This document shows positions 52,070-61,731 of a DNA stretch of 64,000 bases, in pieces. A program made the position numbers and the translations under genes. The DNA is from an uncultured Chloroflexia bacterium (GTDB taxonomy: Bacteria > Chloroflexota > Dehalococcoidia > DSTF01 > JALHUB01): assembly GCA_963719465.1 (NCBI GenBank), contig OY970386.1, positions 789,789 to 853,788 on the forward strand, in the 5' to 3' direction. Numbering within the stretch: the first letter of the stretch is position 1; each line of letters opens with the position of its first letter. Under the pieces are notes generated by a model. It made no database searches and had not been told where the DNA came from. It saw only the letters and a list, made by a program, of their open reading frames with translations.

Positions 52070-55000
52070 ATGAAGCGTTCGTTAATAGTGATAACCGCCC
52101 TGGCGGTCGTGGGCCTGGTCCTCGGTGGATACTCGCTCCTCGGCCACAGCGGCACAGCCAAAGCTGCCGGGCCCATCACGATCACGATGGCGTCCATCCC
52201 CGGCGCTGCGAACAGCGGCGTCAGTGGCTCCGTGACGATCATGGATTTGGGCGGCGCCGGCAGCCCCGTCATCGGCCAGGAAAACGTGAACGGCCTGCTG
52301 CCGTTTGAGGCCAATTTCCCGACCGTGTTCTACTTCACGAACTCGGACTGTTTGCAGAACCCTGACGGCTCCGGACTGGCCGGTATCGGCATCTACGACG
52401 CGGGATACCCGGACCAGAACGCGTTCCTGATCGAGGGTGAGGGTTTGGCGGGCGTGACCGGCTCCGGCGGCAACCTCCAGCTTGGTGACCTGGCTGGCGG
52501 TCACCCCATTGCCGTAATCGACACCGTCACGAGGGGCGCCTACACCGGTGGAGTGGCCGGCATCAAGAGCGTTGGCGTCTCCACGCTGCCCGGCTACCTG
52601 GACTACGTGAACGCAGGCGCGAATGGACAGGGCAACTACAACACCCTGGCGCGAGTCCAGCACCTGGCCTGTGGCGACGTGACCGGCTCAGTTTCGTCCT
52701 GGGGCGGCGCCCTCGACAGCACGTGGCGGATTCCGACCGCGCCCTGTGACCTGAACCAGGACTACGTCTGCAACGCCGGTGACGTCCACCTGGAACTCGA
52801 CATGGACGTTAGCGACGGCAACCCCTGCAACCCGGTCGACGCCTCAGCCACCCACATGGTGGGTGACACCTACAAAGTGGCTGTCTGTCTTACCAGCGCC
52901 GGCGTGAGCGATAATGGCAAGAACGGTCCGCCGGCGTCGTTCCAGTTCGACCTGGACTACGACAAGACGCTGAACCAGTGCATTGACCCGGCGGTTCTAT
53001 GCACTGACGACGCCTCTACCGACGCGCACTGCTTGGATGGTGACCCGGACATCAACGCCGGTACAACGACTTTCGGCGGGACGAGCCTGGGCGCGGGCTG
53101 GGACTGCACCGCATCGCAGACCACCCGACCCTACTGTGACACCGGGAACGGCACCGGAAACGAAGCTATCGCTCAGGCGGTCTGCTACACTACCAAGACT
53201 CCGACCCTGGCGACTGGCGACACCGTTTCCTCGGCTATAGCGGAAGTCACCTTCAAGGCTCTCAAAGTGGGCACCGACACCCTGGCCCTGAACAACGTAA
53301 CCGAGGGCGACGCGGCCGGGCTCGAGCCGATTATCTGCCCGCCGTCCAACCAGGGCGACTGGGTACGCTGCCTCAACGGCACCGACATCAAGGCAGTGCC
53401 AACGGCAACGTTCACGCCCACCAGCACGGCTACGCCGACGGTAACTAACACGCCAGTACCGGCGACCGCAACCTTCACGCCCACGGCAACCTTCACGTCT
53501 ACGCCAGTTCCGGCCGGCGTCAGGATGCAGAAGCTGATCAGCCCTGCTGACACGACCAACAACGGCGTTCTGTGGGTAACCAAGGCTGGCTGCTGGAAGA
53601 TAGATCCCGCCACCGGCAAGCCTGCCACCGACCCGATCACGAACCAGCCGATAATCGACCCGACCATAGCGGCTGCGAACAACGGCAAGGGTTGCCTGGT
53701 GATCGATGAGAAGATCTTCGGCATCCACGACCTCTGCAACCCGAACAACGTGAACGCGCAAGGGACCCCCGAAGCGCCGGGCTGCAGCACTCCGGAAGGT
53801 CTGGGCGCCTGGGAGCACCTGCTCACCTTCGACCACAACTTCGTGTACGTGCAAACGTCTCCGGAACGTCGGGCCCCACGACTGGCTCACCAGCGGTGGC
53901 CGCCTCGTCAACTCCAACGCTGCCGGTGGCTGCTTCGTCACCATCCAGAACGAGAACTCGATTCTCGAGGGCTGCGTGACCAAGGACGACCCGAACAACC
54001 CGGGCCGACTTGGACCTGAGGGCGACGGCGTGGTCGAGCAGATCTACATCGGGCTGAACATGACCAACATCATGACCACGGCCAACTTCCGCCCGACCAA
54101 GGACAACGGCATCCAGACGGTGATTGACGACCACAACTGCGAAGTCACGGACACCCAGGGCGAGCAGATTCCGGGCACTCTCCCCGGCCAGCTCACCACA
54201 GTCTGTGCCCCGGCCTACGTGACCATCCGCATGTTGGAGGGCGACCTGAACCTCGACTGCAAGGTCGACGTGCAGGACGACCAGGCAATCGCCTTCCTGT
54301 ACGGTGCCACCCAGGGCATGGCGATGTACCAGTCGTGGTACGACCTGGAGCCCAAGTGGACCGATGGCGACATCGACATCAAGGACCTCCAGTTCGTCTT
54401 CGGCCGCAACTACAGCAGTTGCGCCAACCCATCGCCCAACGACCAGGCTATCCCTATTGGGTCAACGCAGGCCCCGCCGACGCCGGGACCGCAAGGTACT
54501 TCGACCTCCACGTCGACTCCGCGTCCGCCGACGGCGACAGCAACCGCCACAGCCACACTATCGCCGACGGCGACTCCCACGGCCACGCCGACAAAGACAG
54601 CGACGCCCACGCCAACATCCACTTCAACTCCGGTTCCCTGGAACGAGAACTGGTTGTGCCTTCCCAGCATGACTGACGATCCCTGCAGGACCGACCAAAC
54701 GACCACCGCGATCTACGCGGACGGCTCGACCGCGGTTGAGCCGACACCGGCGCCGACGCCGGACCCGCCGATCGACTGCTTCTTCATCTACCCGACGGTA
54801 AGCAGCCAGTGGTCCGCCAATGCCAACCTGAACGTTGATCCAGAGGAGAAGGCGATCGCCTTTGAGTTCTCGCGCTTCTCCAGCGTGTGCAAGATGTACG
54901 CCCCCGTCTACCGGCAGTTCACTCTCGTCGCGATCAACACCGCCGGAATGCTTACGCCGGCGGTCTTCGACCTGGCGTACAGCAACGTCCTTGCGGCGTG

Positions 55001-55685
55001 GCAGAGCTACATGGCCAACTACAACCACGGACGCGGAGTCGTCATCATCGGCCACTCACAAGGGTCGTTCATGTTGAGGCGGCTGCTGGCCGAGCAAATC
55101 GACCCCAACCAGACGGTGCGCGCCAAGCTTGTCTCGGCAATAATCCCGGGAGCGAATGTCCTGATCCACACCGGCCAGGATGCCGGCGGCGACTTCCAGA
55201 ACATCCCCGCCTGCCGATCCAACAGTCAGACAGGCTGCGTGGTGGCTTTCTCCAGCTTCTACGACGAGCCGCCGCTTGATAGCTCGTTTGGGAGGGCGGA
55301 GGGCGGCCTCACGCCCTCGACGGACCCGAACATGGAGGTGCTGTGCAACAACCCGGCGTCGATTTCAGGAGGAAGCGGCACGCTGGTTCCCTACTTCGCA
55401 ACCCAGCCTTTTCCCGGGCTGCTTAGCTCCTACCTGCCAACTCCGACACCGGTAGAGACGACGCCGTGGGTAACGTTCCCCAATCGCTACACAGCCGAAT
55501 GCATGAGTGATGGCACCGCCCACTGGCTGCAGGTGAACCCTGCCCCTGCCCCGGGCGATACCAGGTGGACGGCACCCGAGACATTACCTCCCGAGTGGGG
55601 GATGCACCTCTATGACATCCCCTTCACGTTGGGCAACCTTGTCCAGCTTGTCGCCGACGAGTCGGCCGCCTACACGTCCCCGTAA
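52070..55685 (+). CDS. large secreted multidomain protein (about 1200 aa): N-terminal unknown domain, dockerin-like Ca-binding repeats, PT linkers, C-terminal DUF3089-type alpha/beta-hydrolase; frameshifted near 53873
   Basis: ORF 52052..54019 and ORF 53976..55685 join across ...FVYVQTSPE | VGPHDWLTSGG.... Its parts are a signal peptide (MKRSLIVITALAVVGLVLG), D-rich dockerin-like loops (CDLNQDYVCNAGDVH; GDLNLDCKVDVQDDQAIAFLYG), TPTATPT linkers and a C-terminal GVVIIGHSQGSFMLRRLL nucleophile-elbow domain. Confidence 0.7.
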
Positions 55686-55758
55686 GAGCCGACAATAACA
55701 AGTTAGAGCAAAGGGCGTCGCTTTCCAGCGGCGCCCTTTCTAGTGGCTGAAGTCTGTT

Positions 55759-56640
55759 CTATTCGAAATGCCCTTCGGCGGCAAGGACGGTGTTGTAAAG
55801 CAGCATGGTCACCGTCATGGGGCCGACGCCGCCGGGAACAGGCGTTATCGCCGCCGCCTTCTTGGCCACAGCGTCGTAGTCAACGTCCCCCACGAGCCGG
55901 TAGCCGCTCTTGCGCGAGGGGTCTTCGATCCTGTTGTTGCCCACGTCGATAACGACCGCGCCCGGGCTCACCATGTCGGCGGTAATGGCGCGGGCGGCGC
56001 CCATCGCGGCGATCAGGATGTCCGCCCGCCGCGTCACCTCCGGCAGATTGGGCGTGCGGGTATGGCAGACGGTGACGGTAGCGTTGGCACCGGGCGCCTT
56101 CTGCATGAGGATGGCCGCCAGCGGCTTCCCAACGATGTTGGACCGTCCGCAGATCATGACGTGCTTGCCTGCCGGGTCATAGCCGGAACGAAGGAGAAGT
56201 TGCTGCACGCCGGCTGGGGTCGCGGGCTTGAAGGTGGGCTCGCCGCGCAGCAGGCGGCCGATGTTGGCCGGATGACTGCCGTCAACGTCTTTGTCGACGG
56301 CGATGGCGTTGATGACGGCGTTTTCGCTCAGGCGCGACGGCAGCGGGAGCTGCACGAGGATGCCGTGCCATATCGGGTCGGCGTTGAGGCTTCGCACGAG
56401 GTCGACCACCTGGTCCTGGGGAGTGTCGGCGGAAATCTGGAACGTCGTCGAGTTGATGCCGACTTCGGCCGCGCCCTGATTCTTGGAAGCGACGTAGGCG
56501 AGAGAAGCGGGGTTGTCGCCAACGAGCACGAAGGCGAGCCCGGGCGTGACGCCGCGTCGTTTGAGGGCGTCGACGCGCTCCCGCAGTTCGGCCCGAATCT
56601 CCTGTGAGATGGCCCTTCCATCGATGATCTTTGCCGTCAT
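55759..56640 (-). CDS. folD: bifunctional methylenetetrahydrofolate dehydrogenase / methenyl-THF cyclohydrolase
   Basis: FVLVGDNPASLAYV...VQLPLP...GRSNIVGKP...PVPGGVGPMT. Confidence 0.9.
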   Translation of the reverse strand: MTAKIIDGRAISQEIRAELRERVDALKRRGVTPGLAFVLVGDNPASLAYVASKNQGAAEVGINSTTFQISADTPQDQVVDLVRSLNADPIWHGILVQLPLPSRLSENAVINAIAVDKDVDGSHPANIGRLLRGEPTFKPATPAGVQQLLLRSGYDPAGKHVMICGRSNIVGKPLAAILMQKAPGANATVTVCHTRTPNLPEVTRRADILIAAMGAARAITADMVSPGAVVIDVGNNRIEDPSRKSGYRLVGDVDYDAVAKKAAAITPVPGGVGPMTVTMLLYNTVLAAEGHFE

Positions 56641-56751
56641 GAGGCCTCCCTCGGCAGGAGTATAGCATCACTGCGGCGGATGCTGTCGAGAGACCGTTAG
56701 ATTCGATTGTGATATAATACTGCTGCCGAAAACCCACGTTAAGGAAGGAAA

Positions 56752-59352
56752 ATGACGACCGACAGCGGCATTGGCAACGTGCGCCCAATCAAGATTGAAG
56801 ACGAGATGCGCGCGTCTTACCTGGACTACGCGATGAGCGTTATCGTGTCGCGGGCGCTGCCAGACGTACGCGACGGACTGAAGCCCGTTCAGCGCCGCAT
56901 TCTCTACGGGATGTCGGAGCTGAACCTGCGTTCGAACGCAGCCTATCGCAAGTGCGCCACGACCGTCGGCGATGTCATGGGCAAGTATCACCCGCACGGC
57001 GACGCCGCCATCTACGAAACGCTCGTGCGGATGGCGCAGGATTTCTCATTGCGGTACCCGCTTGTCGATGGGCAGGGGAACTTCGGCAGCATGGACGGCG
57101 ACTCAGCGGCGGCGATGCGCTACACGGAGGCGCGACTGGCTGCCGTGGCCGAGGAGATGCTCGCCGACATCGACAAAGACACGGTCGATTTCGTCCCCAA
57201 CTTCGATGACAAGAACAAGGAGCCGGTTGTCCTGCCCTCCCGTCTGCCGAACATTCTCGCCAATGGCGCCTACGGTATCGCCGTCGGCATGGCGACGAAT
57301 ATCCCACCGCACAATCTCGGAGAGGTCTGCGACGCCATCTGCCAGCTGATAGACAAGCCGGATGCGACGACGGATGAGCTGGCCGAGATCATCAAGGGGC
57401 CAGACTTCCCAACCGGCGGCTTCATCTTCCGCTACGAGCAGGTGCGCAGGGACGGCACGGAAGCGCGAGAGGACTCTATTAGAGAGGCGTATCGTGACGG
57501 CCGCGGGCGGGTCATGATGCGGGCCTGCACCCACATCGAAGAATCAACCCGCGGCGGACGGCAGCATATCGTGGTGACGGAGCTGCCTTACATGACGAAC
57601 AAGGCTGCGCTGATCGAGCGGATCGCAGAGCTGGCGCGCACGAAGCGTGTCGAGGGCATAAGCGACCTGCGTGACGAGTCGGACCGGCACGGGATGCGCA
57701 TCGTGGTCGAGCTGAGCCGGGCCGGGCAGGCGCAGGAGGTGCTAAACCAGCTCTACCGCTTCACCAGCATGCAATCGTCATTCCCGATCAACATGCTGGC
57801 CCTTGTCGACGGGCAGCCGCGGACGCTGAGCCTGAAGCGAATACTGGAGCACTACGTCGCCTTCCGGCGAGAGGTCATCCGGCGGCGTTCGCAGTTCGAC
57901 CTGGACCGGGCTCGGGAGCGTGAGCACATCCTGCAGGGGCTGATGAAGGCGCTTCAGAACGTGGACGAGGTGATTCAGACGATCCGCAAGGCGCAGTCGG
58001 CGGAGAACGCCAAGGAACGGCTGATGAAGGCGCCGTTCAAGATGAGCGAGCGGCAGGCGCAGGCGGTGCTGGACATGCAGCTTCGTCGTCTGGCGCGGCT
58101 GGAGCGACAGAAGATCGAAGAGGAGTACAACGGCGTCATCCAGCAGATCGCCTACCTGGAGGACCTGCTGGGCAATCCGCGGAAGATCGACTTCCTCATC
58201 AAGGAGGAGGCGCAGGACATCAAGAAGCGTTTCGGCGACCCGCGCCGGACGCGGATCATCGACCAAGAGCTCGTGGAGCTGACGACGGAAGACCTGGTGC
58301 CACACCAGGAGACCGTCGTCACGCTGAGCAATCGTGGCTACATCAAACGCATCCCGCTGGACACGTACCGACTGCAGCGACGCGGCGGTCGCGGCATCAC
58401 GGGCATGACGACACGCGAGGCGGACGCCGTGCGGCGCCTGCTGGTCGCGGACACGCACGACAGCATGCTTTTCTTCACCGGCCGGGGCTGCGTCTTCCAG
58501 CTGCGGGCGTATGAGCTGCCGGACGCCAAGCGCCAGGCAAAAGGCGACGCGCTGGTGAACCTGATCGACATGCCGCAGGGTGACACGGTGACGGCTCTTG
58601 TCGGCGTGCGGAGTTTCGAGAAGGACTACCTGGTGCAGGCGACCCGGCGGGGCGAGGTGAAGAAGACGGCGCTCTCCGAGTTCGAGTCGGTGCGGCGCGC
58701 CGGGCTGATCTGCATGGACCTGGAGTCGGGCGACGAGCTGGTAACGGCGAAGCAGGTGGCGGAGGACGACGACGTGGTTCTCATCAGCAACCGGGGCAAG
58801 GCGGTGCGATTCTCGGTCAAGGAGCTGCGGGCGGCGTCGCGGGCGAGCGGCGGCGTGCGCGGGATACAGCTCGGGAAGGACGAGAAGGTGGTCGGGATGG
58901 AAGTGGTAACGCACAACACGCAGCTGCTGACGGTGACGGCCAACGGCTTCGGCAAACGGACGCCTTTCGAGGACTACCCGCGGCACCATCGCGGCGGCGG
59001 CGGCGTGGTGACGCATCAGATAACGGACAAGACAGGCCTCGTCGTGGCGGCGCGAACGGTGGACGAGATGCAGGAGCTGATGATCATCTCCTCCTCCGGC
59101 ATCATCCTGCGGACGCGGATCGACTCGATATCGATGGTGGGACGCGGGACGCAGGGCGTGCATCTGATGGGCGTCGGGCCGGGCGATGCGGTGGCGTCGA
59201 TATCGGTGTTCGAGGTCGGGCAGGCGCACAACAAGGCCGGGCCGGCCGAGGCGAAGAAGAAGGCGGCCGAGACGTCGAAGGGCGGCGACGGGAAGAGCCC
59301 AACGGTGGCGAAGGCGTCGAAGAAGCCGTCGTCGAAGGGCAAGAAGAGCTAG
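56752..59352 (+). CDS. gyrA: DNA gyrase subunit A
   Basis: [28 protein letters not shown]...[20 protein letters not shown], the active-site Tyr region, and a C-terminal beta-pinwheel with a KK-rich tail. A TGaTATAAT extended -10 lies about 25 nt upstream. Confidence 0.95.
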   Translation: MTTDSGIGNVRPIKIEDEMRASYLDYAMSVIVSRALPDVRDGLKPVQRRILYGMSELNLRSNAAYRKCATTVGDVMGKYHPHGDAAIYETLVRMAQDFSLRYPLVDGQGNFGSMDGDSAAAMRYTEARLAAVAEEMLADIDKDTVDFVPNFDDKNKEPVVLPSRLPNILANGAYGIAVGMATNIPPHNLGEVCDAICQLIDKPDATTDELAEIIKGPDFPTGGFIFRYEQVRRDGTEAREDSIREAYRDGRGRVMMRACTHIEESTRGGRQHIVVTELPYMTNKAALIERIAELARTKRVEGISDLRDESDRHGMRIVVELSRAGQAQEVLNQLYRFTSMQSSFPINMLALVDGQPRTLSLKRILEHYVAFRREVIRRRSQFDLDRAREREHILQGLMKALQNVDEVIQTIRKAQSAENAKERLMKAPFKMSERQAQAVLDMQLRRLARLERQKIEEEYNGVIQQIAYLEDLLGNPRKIDFLIKEEAQDIKKRFGDPRRTRIIDQELVELTTEDLVPHQETVVTLSNRGYIKRIPLDTYRLQRRGGRGITGMTTREADAVRRLLVADTHDSMLFFTGRGCVFQLRAYELPDAKRQAKGDALVNLIDMPQGDTVTALVGVRSFEKDYLVQATRRGEVKKTALSEFESVRRAGLICMDLESGDELVTAKQVAEDDDVVLISNRGKAVRFSVKELRAASRASGGVRGIQLGKDEKVVGMEVVTHNTQLLTVTANGFGKRTPFEDYPRHHRGGGGVVTHQITDKTGLVVAARTVDEMQELMIISSSGIILRTRIDSISMVGRGTQGVHLMGVGPGDAVASISVFEVGQAHNKAGPAEAKKKAAETSKGGDGKSPTVAKASKKPSSKGKKS

Positions 59353-59379
59353 CTCATCTCACCGCGCGGGCCTGACAAG

Positions 59380-59408
59380 GCAGTTCTGAGGGTTGAAACC
59401 CTCAGCTT
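59380..59408 (+). terminator. intrinsic terminator-like hairpin after gyrA (palindromic element family 2)
   Basis: CAGTTCTGAGGGTTGAAACCCTCAGCTTTA, a 7-bp GC-rich stem followed by a T-tract on the plus strand. Confidence 0.6.
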
Positions 59409-59531
59409 TACGTGAAAGGCGTCAGCGCCAACAGCAACGCCTCGCTCCATCGTCGCAGCCCCGATCCCGCCACTCCTCGCTACTCTCCCAGACTAGGTTT
59501 TCGCGGGCTGCTGGGCGGCCTGCTGAAGGAC

Positions 59532-59560
59532 GGTTCTGAGGGATGAATCCCTCAGCTTTT
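59532..59560 (+). terminator. second copy of the terminator-like hairpin (inside tandem repeat copy 1)
   Basis: GGTTCTGAGGGATGAATCCCTCAGCTTTT. Confidence 0.55.
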
Positions 59561-59681
59561 CGTGAAGGACGCCCCTGCAGTTCTTTAGCATCTCGCCCCA
59601 AGAATCGAGCCGCCCCACGCCTCACCAGCGTTCCGAGACGGCCTACGTCGTCGCGGGCTGCTCAGCGGCCTGCTGAAGGAC

Positions 59682-59710
59682 GGTTCTGAGGGATGAATCC
59701 CTCAGCTTTT
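59682..59710 (+). terminator. third copy of the terminator-like hairpin (inside tandem repeat copy 2)
   Basis: GGTTCTGAGGGATGAATCCCTCAGCTTTT. Confidence 0.55.
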
Positions 59711-59793
59711 CGTGAAGGACGCTGGCGCGGTTGCTCCGGCATTTCGCCGCAAGAATCGAGCCACCCCACCCCTCACCAGCGTTCCGAGCTGGC

Positions 59794-60675
59794 CTACGTC
59801 GTCGCGGGCTGCTCAGCGGCCTGCTGGGCCTCGAGGGTTTTCTGGCGCTGGCGGAAGTCCTTGATGAAGCGGGCGCTATACTCGTCGAGGCCGTGGAGCA
59901 TGTCGGCGGCAAGGACGAGCGGGCGGGCTTTGGCGACGTCGATGATGGGGCAGTTGACGCCGGCGCCGATGAGCAGGGCGAGGAAGGTCGAGTTTATCAG
60001 GTCGCGGTCGGGCAGGCCGAAGGAGACGTTGCTGACGCCGGCGGTGACGTTCTGGCCGATCTCGGCGCGGACGCGGCGGACGGCTTCGAGGGTCTGAGCG
60101 GCGGCAGTGTGGTCGGTGCCGACGGTCATGACGAGGCAGTCGATGATGACGTCTTCCTGGGGGATGCCCATCTGGACGGCGCGGTCGACGATCTTGTGGG
60201 CGATGGCGACGCGCTTGTCGGCGGAGGTCGGGATGCCTTCGTCGTCCATGCAGAGGCCGATGAAGGCGGTGCCGTACTCTTTGACGAGGGGCATGAGGGC
60301 GGCCATGGCCTTCTCTTCGCCGGTGATGGAGTTGATGATGGGCTTGCCCTTGTAGACGGCGAGGGCAGCCCTCAAGGCCTCCGGGATGTTGCTGTCGATG
60401 CTGAGGGGGATGTCGACAGCGTCCATGACGGTCTGGAGGGCGATGGGGAGCGTCTTGACCTGGTCGAGGCCGGCGACGCCGATGTTGACGTCGAGGATGT
60501 CGGCGCCGGCCTGGACCTGGGCGATGGCGGAGGCGCGGACGAGGTCCATGTCGCCTTCGAGGAGGGCAGCGGCGAGCTTCTTCTTACCGGTGGGGTTTAT
60601 GCGCTCGCCGATGAGGACGGTTGCCTGAAGGCCGATGACGACTTCTCTGGTGGCGGATGACAGCCTTGTCAGCAT
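59794..60675 (-). CDS. pterin-binding domain methyltransferase (MtrH/AcsE/MetH-pterin-like; methyl-THF:corrinoid methyltransferase family)
   Basis: GERINPTGKKK, a DHPS-like TIM barrel (DILDVNIGVAG...IDSNIPEAL...VSNVSFGLP), about 293 aa. Confidence 0.75.
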   Translation of the reverse strand: MLTRLSSATREVVIGLQATVLIGERINPTGKKKLAAALLEGDMDLVRASAIAQVQAGADILDVNIGVAGLDQVKTLPIALQTVMDAVDIPLSIDSNIPEALRAALAVYKGKPIINSITGEEKAMAALMPLVKEYGTAFIGLCMDDEGIPTSADKRVAIAHKIVDRAVQMGIPQEDVIIDCLVMTVGTDHTAAAQTLEAVRRVRAEIGQNVTAGVSNVSFGLPDRDLINSTFLALLIGAGVNCPIIDVAKARPLVLAADMLHGLDEYSARFIKDFRQRQKTLEAQQAAEQPATT

Positions 60676-61006
60676 GGGTGCGGCCTCCTGTCGCTGGGGT
60701 GATGCCGCCGGAGCGGATAGGTTCAGTATAGGGCGGCGAGAGGCGGGATGGGAAGGCGGCGTTGATTGAATTGTTTTTAAAAAAGATCGAGCTAATGAAT
60801 CTGTTAAGGGCGCTTTTTGTGGATTGATTTTCGGACGGCCGGGTCGGCGAGTCGCCGGCGCAAGGCGGGTGGTTCGGGGTAAGCGGCGTCGATGGGCGAG
60901 AACACGGTGTCGGGAGCCTTTCGGGGGTTGTTGAACCGAGGATAGCAGAGGGGCGGGGGATTTGGAAGCGGCTGGTGACGCAGACTTGTTCTGCAGGCTT
61001 GAAAGG

Positions 61007-61633
61007 TTATTGCGGGTAGGGGCGCAGGTTCTGCATGACTTGGACGAGGAGGTCCGGGTTATTGATGAAGACGTTGAGTTGCGCGTCGAGGGCGCGGTCG
61101 GAAGTTACGATGTCGTCAACCTCAGCACGAACAACAACGGAGTCGAACGTTAAGACGACGTTTATGCGGTGAGCGGGCAGATCTCCTGCGGGATGCGTGA
61201 TTAGTTGTGCCTGCTGACCCTGAATATTCACCTCGCGCTTGGTGACCTTGTAGCGGCTCGGAACTCCGGGCAGCGGGAGGTTTAGGATTCCCTGCTTTAC
61301 CCGTTCCCAAGCAGCGGGGCTATAAACGGTTATGTCCAGTGACGGGTTTGAGCCCGCGAAGGGAGTCGCGAGCCACGCCGAATACCCTACTTGAGCTCCC
61401 CCACCCTCAACCTCGTCGCCACTGCCGTACGGGCCCTGAAATGCCAGCCCATTCGCAGTGAACCCATTTCCTAGCCAGTACACGGGCAGCTCCATGTCCT
61501 GCATCGTCTTCACGTCTCGGAGGAAGTATCCATAGAATTGGCGGTTCAGTTCCTGCTGGCTCAGGCACGAAGCAGCAAAAAGGCCGGCGGCCAAGACAAT
61601 TGAGAGGACCAGGAGTCTACGCAGTAACGTCAT
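61007..61633 (-). CDS. hypothetical lipoprotein
   Basis: MTLLRRLLVLSIVLAAGLFAASC is a lipobox signal peptide. No family recognised. Confidence 0.5.
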   Translation of the reverse strand: MTLLRRLLVLSIVLAAGLFAASCLSQQELNRQFYGYFLRDVKTMQDMELPVYWLGNGFTANGLAFQGPYGSGDEVEGGGAQVGYSAWLATPFAGSNPSLDITVYSPAAWERVKQGILNLPLPGVPSRYKVTKREVNIQGQQAQLITHPAGDLPAHRINVVLTFDSVVVRAEVDDIVTSDRALDAQLNVFINNPDLLVQVMQNLRPYPQ

Positions 61634-61731
61634 AGCAGCCTCCCTCTTGACACTCCGTATGTTCCGAGCATCATACGTCTGTTCCAAAGACTCGGCAAGA
61701 GCCGCCGTTCCCTAACGTCAAGGAGGACGCT

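Larger units (their letters stand above)
59501..59830. repeat. approximately 150-bp tandem duplication (about 2.2 copies) of the last 11 codons plus 3' UTR/hairpin of the downstream minus-strand gene
   Basis: Units start with tcgcgggctgct[g/c]agcggcctgctg at 59501, 59651 and 59802. Copies 1 and 2 continue into aaggacggttctgagggatgaatccctcag.... Copy 3 continues into the coding sequence of gene 59794..60675 (...EAQQAAEQPATT*). Confidence 0.8.
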
